Source of the DNA: Paraspadella gotoi
Lineage: Eukaryota; Animalia; Chaetognatha
Reading direction: 5' to 3'
Length of the DNA: 64,000 nucleotides
Assembly (NCBI GenBank): GCA_051294375.1
Contig: CM119269.1
Span: 19,940,657 to 20,004,656 of the forward strand
Positions 1-15,292 of the stretch are shown here, piece after piece (the first letter of the stretch is position 1; each line of letters begins with the position of its first letter). A model generated the notes under the pieces. That model was not told the origin of the DNA. It worked only from the letters and a program-made list of their open reading frames with translations, and did not search any database. A program made the position numbers and the translations under genes.

Positions 1-92
1 AAATCATCGGCGTCGGCGACGACAAAGTCGGACCAAATGGCCCACCCCTCGCCGCCGGCCGACACCCCGGCCGAGGTGTTCGTCCATCGGAC
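1..92 (-). CDS. Internal exon of a minus-strand secreted-protein gene (VRWTNTSAGVSAGGEGWAIWSDFVVADADD...), runs off the window start
   Basis: Polypyrimidine tract + CAG acceptor on the minus strand at 93-94; GC-rich open frame; joins in phase 0 to the exon ending at 3392. Confidence 0.5.
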
Positions 93-215
93 CTGCGAAG
101 GAGGGTATTGGTGGAGAGGGGCGAGGGGGATCGGGGTGGAGGGGTCGAAGAAAAATTGGCTCTCTTTTCCAAAAACGCCCCATTTCTGCTCCTTAATCCT
201 TAATCGAGAGGAGAG

Positions 216-239
<24 letters not shown>

Positions 240-272
<33 letters not shown>

Positions 273-901
273 GTCTTTAAGCGAGTAATCGTATTCCTTT
301 CCTGTACTGGCATTACTGTACCTGTTGTTCACTCCCTGGGAGCTGAATGACTACGTCAGCCCGCTATTTTTTTTCACTAGGGTACCTTATAAATTCACGC
401 AGTAGGATAACTTACTTTACTTAAAAGTATAACAATATTTGTTTCTTTAATTTTCTGATATTTTTTTCTGTATATTTTTCAGGATCTTTCTTTTGTACAG
501 AAAACACAATAGGAATAGCAAAACACTTTTACAACGATTCCTTGATAAATTGGCCAGAAGAAGGAAACAAATTACTGAGATTACTTGTTAAATAGGAGGA
601 CCACCAAAGACGAAACAATATAACACTTGATGATGAATTTAATGAAATATGGATATAAATAGATACAAATAATGAACAATTGGAAACGAAAGAGTTTAAC
701 AAAACAAAGGAACAACAACAACAAGCCAACCAACAACATACAACAACAAACTTCTCCCTCGTCAAAAAAACAACTCACTACCTCGCTCGTAGACGCGTGA
801 GGGGCAATTGAGATTTAGAAAGAAAGAAACGAAAGAGGAAGAAAGAAAGGAGAAAGAGAAGAAAGAAAGAAAGAAGAATGAAAGAAGAAAGAAAAAATGA
901 G

Positions 902-932
<31 letters not shown>

Positions 933-947
933 AATGAAGATGAGAGA

Positions 948-978
<31 letters not shown>

Positions 979-3160
979 AAGATGAGAGCAAGAACAGAAA
1001 GACAAGAAAAGACAGACAGAACAGAAAGAAAAAAAAAGAAAATTGAGAGAAAAAGAAAAGAAAGAAAGAAGAAAAAAGAGACGAAGAAAAGAAAGAAAGA
1101 AAGAGACGCATGAAAATAAATAAAAAAAATAAAATAAATTTTTAAAACAAATACATGAAAATTTACAAAATAAATGATTTGAAAAGCTTATGTCATTAAA
1201 TATCTTACAACGAATTATTACTCTAAGTAGAAATAAGATTTCGTAGAGAAAGTACTGAACGTCCTACGCAGTCGGGTGTCGTTTCCAATCCCATGACCCA
1301 ATATATTTTCTTTTCTAATAATGCCTCGATTTAATTGCATGTGACCCCTTTTCCTCTAATTTCCTTTTTGGTATATGTTTGGTATATGTTACTTAGCACA
1401 CCTTAATTGACACACCAGACAATCGAAGAACACGATGAGACTCATACCCGTTTGTAGAAGAAAAAGTCCGACCTGAATATTCCAATTAACGATTAACGAT
1501 TTAAAGATTCAATTAACGATTTTAATTAACTAATCGATTAGATCCGTCGTTGATCTTGATAGCTTGGCCTCAAGCACTAACGTAAAAATAGTACAACAGA
1601 TATGGTCAACCACCATTGTACCGACCAAAAAGGCAATGAACGACAACGACAATACGTATGAAAAAAAAACTCCCATTGCATTGGTGACGGCACAACCTAA
1701 AAAGACAAATCAATTCACTGATCTCTGAGACGCTCATTTATGCAAAATGATACTCATTGGCATTTAATTATTGTGTTAAAGTTAAATGTGTTTCTCGAAT
1801 ACGCCGCACCCTTCACGTTAAGATTAGTATTTCTCAATTTATTAAGTTTTTTTATATATCATTTCTTATCGTGAAAAGAAAATAACGAAAACACAATTGT
1901 TTTTAATATTTTTTATGCTTTTATCACAAGATAACATAGTGTTAACTTAAAAATAAATAAAAATAAATTTTCACTGACAGCCATCAATAAGATTCTCAAG
2001 ACCAAAATAATTATAAACGGCGCAAACACGCAAATCAAACCTCTGTTGTGTTTTGAAGGAATTGTTCTAGTCTACGTGACATCTTGCGTTATACGCGTTC
2101 ATTGCAGTTTCAGAATGACAGAAATTGTTGATATTAAGGATGCGAGAGAGAGCGAAGCGCAGGATTCGCGGCTGTCGTCCATCCCTGCCCCCAACCTAAC
2201 TTGGTCACTGCTGTTCCCCACACTTAACAACTATCCACCGCTCCTGTATCTCTGGCGGTCGCAAACTTCAGACTTCTTCGCTTTTCTAAAAATCCAGTGC
2301 ACTCCAAAGTTCGAAGCTCACGTCACAATTCTAACCTTTAACGCTCCCCATCACCGACAAGGGCGGTGAGGCGCGCGACCATCGAATTCGGTTTTTGAAC
2401 TAAAGATCAAAAATCCCCGAGTTCGACCCAAAAATAAAGAAAATTTGTCTTTCAAAATTCCGTTGTAACGAAGCCTGCTCTGAAAGAGAAAGAAAGAAGA
2501 GAGAAGAGAGAGAGAGAGAGAGAGAGGAGAGAAGAGGAGAGAGAGAGAGAGAGAGGAGAGAGGAGAGAAGAGAGAGAAAGAAAAGGGGTAAAAAGAGTAC
2601 ATTCGAATCGAAGGTGTTTTTTAAAATTTATAATAAATGATGGAAAGAAAATTGGTTTAGAATATTTAGCTGAATATTTTTTTTTCATTTCTATCTGTCA
2701 TGGTATCTTTGGAGTTTGTCAAAATGAGTTTAGGAAATAACTTTTGTTACAAAAGAGACATTTACCAAAATTTAAAAGTCAGCGCAGGCAATTCACAAAT
2801 AACCATTCGGTTTGTCGCATATTTTCATATATCGTTTTCGCCTCAGCGCCAAGAGCCATTGCTCGCGACTTTTTTGGCCAGAGAATTTTGGCCAAGTGCG
2901 TCGGATCGCGCGCAGCCTGACGTGCGATCTAATGTTTTAACAATAAAACGAGAAGAAGAATAAAATATGTAAAAAAAAACAAAGAAAAAAAAACCAGACG
3001 AAACGAGATTAAAAGTCGATCGTGGAAACCGCACGACGCGTTTTATCGCAGGTGACGAAGAATCTCGCCTGACGGAAATGACACGGGCTTGGCGCAACAG
3101 ATAGAGCCGACGAAAGGGTAAATCTGGCGGAGAGTTTAAGACAGGGAATCCTGCTCTCTC
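240..3160. repeat. Copy A of a ~2.5-2.9 kb direct duplication
   Basis: Colinear with 4723-7260 (e.g. tttttttcactagggtaccttataaattcac; ggtgacgaagaatctcgc); differences are mainly 1-bp indels; bounded by (AG)n left and (CT)n right. Confidence 0.9.
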
Positions 3161-3391
3161 TCTCTCTTTTCTCTCTCTTCTCTCTCTTCTTCTCTCTCTT
3201 TCTTCTTATCTCTCTTGTCTGTCTCTTCTTTCTTTCCTTTCTTTTCTCCTTTCCTTTCTTTCTTTTCTTTCTTTCTTTTTCTTTATTTTCAAAAGTAAAA
3301 ACATCTAAATCATTGCCTTTAAATCTAAATATTAGTTTTTGCACATTTTGACCAACGCCCCCCGCCCCCCGTTATCACGCAATCCCCCTAC

Positions 3392-3605
3392 TTCCGAATC
3401 TTCTCCCAGTCTGATTTGTTCCTCCGCGGGAATGGGACCGACTACGTGAGGAATTCGAGAGCCCTCCTCAACAACCAACAACGACAGGTATTTCGCCGCC
3501 CGAATCGAACCCGAGATCTTCGTGGATGGGACTCGAATATTTGGCGGCAACTCACGAGGAATCAAAAGCAAAAACGATGGCAGCTCATGATAAAAGTGCG
3601 AGCGA
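3392..3605 (-). CDS. Internal exon of the same secreted-protein gene (RSHFYHELPSFLLLIP...EEQIRLGEDSE)
   Basis: Acceptor ccaag at 3606, donor gtagg at 3391, 214 nt open (1 nt + 71 codons); overlaps ORF 3332..3571. Confidence 0.55.
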
Positions 3606-4320
3606 CTTGGGATAAGGTGAATGAAGTAAAAAACCGTTAGAAAAGGATTAGAAAAAAGAGTTGAGATGAGAAGGGACTCGAGGAGCCGAGATAATATGAG
3701 AAGAGACGAGAACGAAATTAATATGCACAGAGCTAAAGCGATTATACATTTAAAAAATACGCATTATATACTTTTCGGCCTTATTCTCTTGAAACGCTCC
3801 ACCTTTTATCGTTAAATTTGGAATTAAATTAGTTATTTTATTTTTAAAGTTTAGGGATGCGAGCTAAAGGGTTAGAAATTAAGGATTATGATTTAAGGTT
3901 TAGGATTATNNNNNNNNNNNNNNNNNNNNNNNNNGAATATAAATAACAAATATAAGAACAAATATAAAAGAATTGATAATTAATTCTAATATATAGTGAA
4001 AAAAATTCTACCTTTACAATCCTTTTAAAATTTAATCCAATTTAGTCTAATAAAGTAAAACAAGTAATATTTTCCTTGTATTATGAATTTGGGATTTTTA
4101 TTGTAACACATGTTANNNNNNNNNNNNNNNNNNNNNNNNNNNNNNNNNNNNNNNNNNNNNNNNNNNNNNNNNNNNNNNNNNNNNNNNNNNNNNNNNNNNN
4201 NNNNNNNNNNNNNNNNNNNNNNNNNNNNNNNNNNNNNNNNNNNNNNNNNNNNNNNNNNNNNNNNNNNNNNNNNNNNNNNNNNNNNNNNNNNNNNNNNNNN
4301 NNNNNNTTAACGAAACTTAC

Positions 4321-4405
4321 CAGGAAGAGCCAGGGCGCGTCGGATTGCAAGCGACGACAGCAACGCCACCAATGGAAACAGTTTAGACGGCAAAACAGAA
4401 AACAT
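4321..4405 (-). CDS. First coding exon, signal peptide MFSVLPSKLFPLVALLSSLAIRRALALP
   Basis: ATG at 4405, hydrophobic core with A-x-A cleavage-like site, canonical gtaag donor at 4320. Phase 1 versus the phase-2 start at 3605 implies another exon hidden in an N gap. Confidence 0.6.
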
Positions 4406-4722
4406 GTTTAATAAGAAAGTTTAATAAGAAAGTTTAATAAGAAAGTACCGATTCAAATTAGCAAAATGTTTTCGGTCAAGATTGACTTTGCATTTAAATT
4501 TTCTGGGATTGACGCGAAATTCCAGTTNNNNNNNNNNNNNNNNNNNNNNNNNNNNNNNNNNNNNNNNNNNNNNNNNNNNNNNNNNNNNNNNNNNNNNNNN
4601 NNNNNNNNNNNNNNNNNNNNNNNNNNNNNNNNNNNNNNNNNNNNNNNNNNNNNNNNNNNNNNNNNNNNNNNNNNNNNNNNNNNNNNNNNNNNNNNNNNNN
4701 NNNNNNNNNNNNNNNNNNNNNN

Positions 4723-7355
<2,633 letters not shown>

Positions 7356-7862
7356 CTCTTTCTCACTCTTCACTCCCTTCCTTTTTAACCGACAATTCAC
7401 TATCACTATTTAATTTTTCTTTTACTCTCTTTAAATAATAAGTCTTAAAAATGCATAATACTTTTCACGGTTAAAAGTCCGGCACTAGTATTCCCTTTGT
7501 CAGTTGCTATAATCTCTATCAATCGAGGAAAGAGGAAGTGAGAGAAAGAAGAAAAGTAATATATTGGTTGTACCAATTTCATATATACAGGGACTGAGTG
7601 ATACAAAAAATATTGAAATATTATCGAAATGAAGAGCGATCGGGTTAAAAAAACTTTTCTTACTAATAGAAAAATACTTGATTTCTGTTTTCCATCAATT
7701 CGCAAAATTCACGTTGATTATACTGTTATACTGGTTATTTTTTAACTAAAAAATGTTATCAAAATAATATAGAAATTTATATTGGTTTTACCAATTTTAT
7801 ATACACTGAAAAAATTACGAGTTTAATCAAGTCTTTTAGTATCACTCCAGATTTAAGTAGAG

Positions 7863-7979
<117 letters not shown>

Positions 7980-8599
7980 GGCAAAATAGTAAAGATTATA
8001 AATGGAAATCGATGGTTAAAATGATAACGGCTCAACGGTTCCCTATAAGTCAATGTTTTTTGTGGATCGTCGATGATTTTGTGGATTTGTTCAAAATTTA
8101 AAATTAATTAAAAACAAAGAAGAAAAAGACGAGTGAGACCAACTGTCTAATGATTAAAAAAAACCTCAGTAGACATTTATTTACTAAGATTTTATTTTTG
8201 GATCCTGTATTTCGGTCTCAAAACGCGGAAGCGAAAATCCACGCGGTAGCGCCGCTTGGAAAGTCGTGGCGCCGGTAGGTCGTAGCGACTGATGACTGCG
8301 CACTGTCGGGCTTGGTAAGGTCAGTAATTAGTCTTATTTCGCAGTGCTGAAAGAGTGTGTTGGTTTACTTATAAGAATAGGAGAGCGTTAACATTGAATC
8401 TGGAGAGAGTGATTTGGGGTATAGGGTGTTAGATCAATGAAGTTATTGCTTATTTAAATAGATATAACAAATTAAATATTAGGTCATCTCGTTCAACGAG
8501 AACACTCTTGATGTCTATGAGATCACGCGCTCTCACAGTGTCTTCTTTGTTTTAGTAGAAACTGTAGTGAATGTAAATATTAATTTAAGTTAGTCGATG

Positions 8600-9137
8600 T
8601 TGTGATCGGTGGCGGCTGCTCGGAAACGGGCTCAGAGCCAGGCTGCCTGGGGCGGCGGTCGGCGACGAGACAGGAAGGCAGGCTGTAGACGACGAATGGC
8701 GGCGCGACTGGTGCGATGAGGCGCGGCGCGCGGCCAGGGTGCGATTTGCCGGCGCTGCGAAAAGGCGTAGGGTCATGCTGAGGAGTTCGGCGGGCCGCCG
8801 AGGAAGCTGCGGAATATGGGTGCATGCATGGTGACTTTGCGTTGGAGGCCTTGGCGTTTTTTGATTCGCTTGCTGGGTGTGATCGAACCAACGTTGGAGG
8901 TATAGACGTACGGCGCTGGATCGGTTTCCGGTTTGCGGGCGCCGTCCAGGGATCCCGTCATGCGCTAGAACGCGGCGTCCTAACGCCCAACGGGAGGAAG
9001 ACGTTGCAGAGGGTCCGCGACGAGTGCGAGAGGGGCGCGTATCGGCGGTCGACGGACGACCGTCGATGCGCAGCCGTCGGGATTGCCTCGTATCGTCGGT
9101 CGAGTCTCATCGTTTCCGACAGGAGCCCAGCAGACAT
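8600..9137 (-). CDS. N-terminal exon of the amino-acid transporter, frameshift-ridden and in inverted orientation
   Basis: Minus strand begins aaaaaATGTCTGCT (MSAGLLSE...) and, across indels, reads IFRSFLG..LLSM.PYAF..AG...VVYSL, the TM1/TM2 signature (GxGxLxxPxAF) of Aa_trans permeases. Confidence 0.65.
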
Positions 9138-9633
9138 TTTTTTACGTTCTTCTTTAATCAGTCTTTGTTTATAATATTGCTTTTGCTTTTGTATTGTTTT
9201 CCTTTCATTACAATAAGATGCTAGTTTTCTTTGACGTGTACAAAGCTGAAAACGTTCTTGTGAACCGATAACTATATTATTATGTTTAGTAAACCATCTG
9301 GCGTGCAAAGCTAGATTATAAACTGCGTGAGAACTCGGGCGTCCAAAGAATCTTTTTTACGTATATAAATTATTTCTTATTGTTTAGATATTGTTTATAT
9401 GAGTGGCAGATTCCCCCGCGCAAAAAAATTTTTTGTAGATACGCTATGCGGAAATTGGTTGTTAATTTTCTTCGGTTTTTTTGCACTCTTTTCTTTTTTT
9501 TTATTAGTAAAGATAAAGATCATTAAGGCCAGATTTTATTTCTCGTTTTGAGTCTGGCACGCCGGTGGGATTCTTCGCTTTCCTCGGGGGGCGTTTTGAG
9601 ACGNNNNNNNNNNNNNNNNNNNNNNNNNTAAAG

Positions 9634-12600
9634 GTTGGACCAAAGTGGTGCCGCGAACGCTTGGCCGTCCACGGCAAGACCATCATCAACGTCCTCATTT
9701 GCATATTGCAGCCCGGATTCTGCGCTCCCTACATCGTCTTTATCGCCGAGAATTTTAAGGTTGGATCGGTCGGTTGAACTGAATTAGGCAATAGGCAACT
9801 CTTTTTTCTTTAACTACCACTTTAAAAGGATATCGCCGGACTCACCATGAGCATTCGCTTGGTCATGCTGACTCTGATCCCCATATTGCTGCTGCTCATG
9901 ATGATTCGCAGCAGCAGGATCCTCGGCTACGTAAGTCTCACAGGCAACATCGTCTTCATGGTCGGGTTCGTTATCATCTTGCAACACATCGTCCAAGAGC
10001 CTATGGCCGTCAAAGATTTGCCGAAGTAAATTTTTTTTTTTACCTTTTTTTTTAATAGGTTTTGATATCACTGTTGAAATTCCTAAAGTTAATTTAAAAG
10101 ATAAAATAACTTGGATCAATGCCAATGTTAAAGTTTGTCAAAATTGATAATTTTTACCGATAATAGAAGTTAATTTAAAAGTTTAAAATAATTTTTGGAA
10201 AAAGAAGTCGAGAAATTCCCAAGATTACAAGCAAATTTAAAAAAAATTAAGAATAACTAAAATATTTTTTTGAATGTTAGAATGTTAGAATGTTTNNNNN
10301 NNNNNNNNNNNNNNNNNNNNATTGAACACACCTTTCTCGACCTCGATTACTTTTCAAACAGACAAGTGCGCTAAAAGATAACGATTCATCCAACCCAGTG
10401 GCCACCTTCTTCTCCATCCGTGCCGTTCACTTCGCCCTCTTGAAGGCATCCATCCCGTTGCCCTGCCATCTCAAGAGCCACAGATGAAGACCCCCAAGGC
10501 CTCTTTGGCTTCAACGGCGCAGGTCTTGCTTAAACCAAGTAGCGGCACAGCCGCTCCACTGACAAGTACAGCCAGAATGCCGCCAACTTGCCTTATTCAA
10601 AAAACTATCCGTCTCTCCTTGACTATACAGCACCTGCGTTAACGAGAGATCGTAACCGCGCGCAGATACTTGGCCGTGCGACGCACAACAAACACTGAAT
10701 CATTTGATTGCAATACGTCAACTACGAAGTAAAAAAAAGCTTCCAGTTACAGGTCTAACGTGACGCCACCAGGAGATACCGCACCGCTGACGCCAGAAAT
10801 GAACAACAACACCGCATTGCAACATCGCAGTTTCTGACACTCTCCCCGGATTGAGCTAGCTACGCTTAGCGTAGTGTGTGTGCATTATACTCTGCACCCC
10901 ATGAACAAATTATTAATTCATGACCAATGAAACTTCACTATTTGCCCTTGCAGCGTTCTAACCTCACTTCATACTACAAAACTACATCAATTCGTTCAAT
11001 GAACCACGGGCTAATCATGCGTCGAGACTAGAAAGTTATTAGCTGAGGCCACTTATAGCTATATATCTTACTGTCACAACTAATATTAAGAACTAAAATA
11101 CTCTCTCTCCTTACGTCGTGATTGCCCGACAGTGCGTAAACTAACAATAAAATCTAACCATAAAAAAAATAAAGCCGAAGCAGCCTGGGACTCCCCTCGG
11201 AGGACTCCACTTCACCGACGCGTTTCTGGGTGAAAATTAAAATCACACTTAAAACCTTATGCATCACGTTCTAATTGTGAAACAGTCCTGCAGGATTCGC
11301 GAAGAAAAGTGCCGAGCACACCTCCGATAAGGGCACCATCGGGAGACCCAGAAAATTGCTTTTCGAACAATAACCACCGATTGGGCCGATCCCTTATGTA
11401 TGTGATACGCGGCCCGCGTCAAGAACAGGCTGCGTACGTGCGCAGCCGAAGCCGTCCGCAAAGTGAGTTAAGAAAACAAACTTGCCAAATCGCTTCTCAA
11501 GACTGGCCCGGCACGTATGAAACTTTGGCCATAAACCCAGGATCCTTTTTAATAAACATCTAATAATCACAACATGACCGAGGCCACAGCCCGAGTTAGA
11601 CGCCGCTTCGTTAAAGCAATTAACAATCGAAACTAAACAAAATTTGAAACAAATTGTTACAATAATGCCAACCAGCTTTCTTCGGAGCGTACCAGCGCGA
11701 CCCGACAGGCCGAAGGCGCACCGTCCCGAGAGTGACTGTCCCGGCAGACTGTTCACTGATCTTGCACAATTTGCTGGATTATAGCCCACACCCTGCACTT
11801 GAAAACGACATCGCACGTAAGTCTACTTAAAATTAAAGATTCCTTTTTGGCCGAGCGTCTTGTAAATTACACTGCTACGGACGCTATCCTAAGGCTTGTC
11901 CCGTTATTGTATCTGATGAGAGTAATGCCAGGCAGTCAGCTAGACCGAACCAGGCTGTTCGAGGCAAATCTGATGAGGGGCAAAATGCAAAGCGTTGACG
12001 CACACCGCGTAAACTGTCATTTTGGCCGCCACCTTACCGGCCTGTCCCCCAAGCTACCCCACAGCCTGCGTCGACTCTGAGAAACCCCTCGTCCATGCAT
12101 TTCGCACTGAACGTCACGTCGAGCGTACCAATCGCGCCTCGCAGCATTGGGCCCAACTTCTCCCGACCAGCGTCCATTGCCACCTCGCCAAGAAGTCTAC
12201 TTCAGGCGTTCTCCCGCCGGCGTTATGGCCACGCCTTCAAGCGCCGTCTCCAGTGTAACCGATCTTCTCCACGAGCGCCGAGCGGACACGTCGTAACAAA
12301 AAGTCCTCTCGATACGTCCAAAAGAGACGCATCAGGCAAACAAAGGTGGTCCATCTAATCTAGCAGAGAGTTGACGAAGAAACACCATGGCGATTGAAAA
12401 AAGCACTAGAGAGAAAAAGAATAGATACGAAAAAGCCGCAACATATAAAGAGAGCAAGAAAAATTAACAAGAAGGAGGCGTTGGAGGCTTAAAATGAACA
12501 GCTAAAGGTTGAGAGAATGAGAAGAACAGGAAAGAACAGAAGCGATTTACGCACATGTTCAGATTGAAAGCCTATTGAAAGACAAATAGAAAAGCCGCCA

Positions 12601-13837
12601 ACAGAGAGAACTTCATAACATTAGTAAGAGCGCCCAGTTGCTGAAAGAAAGGACCTGCCTATTTCCTGGCCAGATCGGGCAGGAGATCGCCCTCCAACGC
12701 ACACACGACGCACCCAGATCCGCCGTAACGTCACGCCGACCAGTCTCAAGTCAGCCGTCGAAAACTCATCGGAACACGCGAAACGTCGCGTCGACCACCC
12801 GCACCTCGCGACCGATCAACGCCGCATCGAAGAGCGGCCCCGCACCCGCCGAAACGCCGCGCAAGCAGAACGCCCGTCCGCCGTCCAACCTCCGCAAATC
12901 GCAGACATCTCCGCCGGACATATTACCGCAATGGCCCCAAATCCCATCGTCACTACCCGGTGCAGCGCGGAGGCAACAGGAAAGGGCAGGGCAGGACTTA
13001 ATGCAGCAATCTCTCTCCTTTCCCGACGAGGAAATCTACAAGTCGCTAAAAATGATATACTCTTGCGTTTTGCTTGCCTCGTTCCCGATTCAAATGCTGC
13101 CCGTTGTCGAGATCCTCTACTTTGACTTTCTCTACAAATTCGTGCCTGAGGTGAAGGGAAGGAAGGAAGTCTTGATTTTTTTTTTATTAGTCTGTTGATT
13201 GTCTGTTCGGTTTCATTTTTTTCATCTTTCTGTCTGTCCATCAGTCTATCCCACTTATATTAAAAAGGGTCAAAACTCAATTAATACTTTTATCAATATA
13301 CTTTATATTTGTGGTGCGAAGACATTTAACGTGCAGTGCGNNNNNNNNNNNNNNNNNNNNNNNNNNNNNNNNNNNNNNNNNNNNNNNNNNNNNNNNNNNN
13401 NNNNNNNNNNNNNNNNNNNNNNNNNNNNNNNNNNNNNNNNNNNNNNNNNNNNNNNNNNNNNNNNNNNNNNNNNNNNNNNNNNNNNNNNNNNNNNNCTGTC
13501 CTCTCCCCACCCACTACAGCGCCCACCAATCCCAAAAGTGTGTTTCGAACTTCTCTTCCGCGTCGCCCTCGTCTTCTGCGTCTCCATTCTCCCCATCACT
13601 CTCCCCACCGTCGGACACCTCATAGAGTTCTTCGGCGCCACTCTCGGCACCACCTTCGCCATCGCTCTGCCGAACATCATCCAGCTACTCGTCCGCTGGA
13701 GCAAAGGAGACTGGGGCCGCTGGTACTTTTTCCTTCTCCTCCACGGCTTTATATTGGTCATCTGCGTCGTGCTCATCTTCGTTGGGTCGTACACGAGTTC
13801 CCTGGGGCTGGCGGAGGCGTTCAGTAGCGAGAAATAG
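9634..13837 (+). CDS. Amino acid transporter, Aa_trans family (SLC36/SLC38/AVT-like); exons 9634-9759, 9829-10025, 10361-~10640 (error-ridden), ~12990-13150, 13520-13837
   Basis: Motifs INVLICILQPGFCAPYIVFIAEN, LIPILLLLMMIRSSRILGYVS, FFSI.V..EG...ALP...MK.PK, SFPIQMLPVVEIL, IEFFGATLGTTFAIALP; GT-AG junctions; TAG stop at 13835-13837. Confidence 0.88.
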
Positions 13838-15251
13838 GTGGTGAGGCCGCTAGATGGGGGACGGGGGGAGTATGAAGTCGTTTGGCAGGTATTGGCAGGA
13901 ATGTCGTAGTGCGAGGATAAGGAGGATTTTTTGAACGAGCCTTGAAGTTGAGAAAATTACTAAAAAATGATTTAAAAAAGAAAGATGTGCCAAATTTGAT
14001 AAGACATGGGATAAGACAGGGAGCAACTGTTGAGCCCTCGGCGATGGGTCAGCATCAGGGGCTTCAGACACGCTGTGGTGCGCTTCCACTAGTACGCACT
14101 CTCTGGTTGTTTTCAACTGAACGGGAGGACGCCCGCCAGGCACTGTAAGCGAAACGTCCAGTTGGGATGATGCGTTAGCCTGATAAACCATTGAACTTTG
14201 TGAGATGGAGATTCTTCAGGTACAGCTTCACAACGAAAGGAGTCGTTTCACGTTAATGCGGCAATTCATGAAGGACTGCGCTTTAACTACGTCTGTTACG
14301 GTTGTGACATTTTTATTTGTTAAATAGTTAATCGCCAATTCGACTAAAGGAGCGTGATGTAGTATTTCTAAAAGTGTTAATGTTTTTATGAAATTATTAA
14401 ATGTTTTTAAATTTGTTTAGTATAGTTGTTCTGCATTGTCTAATTTTAATTTTTCCAATATAATGGTGTTTATATAGCTTACACTTTACAGTTTATAGTA
14501 ATAAACCACTAAAAAGAATTTTTGGATTTTTTTTTGTTTTTATTTCCAAGCGACGCAGTAGGAATTTAAAAAGCTTTCTTTTTTTTAACATTGTTCCTCC
14601 ATTTTGTTTTATCTTTGACTTTTTTTTTATTCTATTTTCTTTTATCTGTGACTCTTTCTTTACCACTCAGGCCCGTCAGGGTTACGCTATTCAGACCACG
14701 CCATCTCTTTGTTTGTTTCATTAACAATTCTTCCCATTTTCCTGATAACCGAGAGACTCTACAGCTGGTCTCACGCCTTCGCTCTTTTTCTCTGACACCC
14801 CCTTTACCCTGCTCTCTCTTTTTTAATCGCTTATTTTTAAATTTTCTCCAATATTTTTATTTTATTTTCAAGATTTTTCCTTTATTCCTTTTTTTCCAAA
14901 TCTTACATTACATACGTACATCCTTCTCTCTCATCTCCCTGGATAATCTTTTCTCTTCGATGAATATTTTTTAATCATTATTTTCGTTCGACTCCTACCA
15001 TTTCTACTTTTATTTTTCACAACCTAATCGCGCCGAGCACTAGGCTTCCCCCCTCCATACAGTTCAAAAACGGTCCTAACCCCTTACGATCGCCCCTTGC
15101 ATTCCCCCTTCCTTGCCCCCTTAGTCATTTCCGGCCTCCGCAAATAAATCTTGTCTTATCTGCTTCGCCTTTTAGATGTCGTTTGGCTTCTGCCTTTCCG
15201 CTCCGTCGAAAAGAGAGAGAGAGAGGAGGAGAGAGAGAGAGAGAAGAGAGG

Positions 15252-15292
<41 letters not shown>

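Noticed and set aside
11910-11995. Two CTGATGA hammerhead core motifs
   Set aside because: No stem II followed by GAAA.
12080-12280. Aldehyde-dehydrogenase-like fragments on minus (LVEKIGYTG...GGNG)
   Set aside because: Needs several frameshifts in noisy sequence; too weak without a search.
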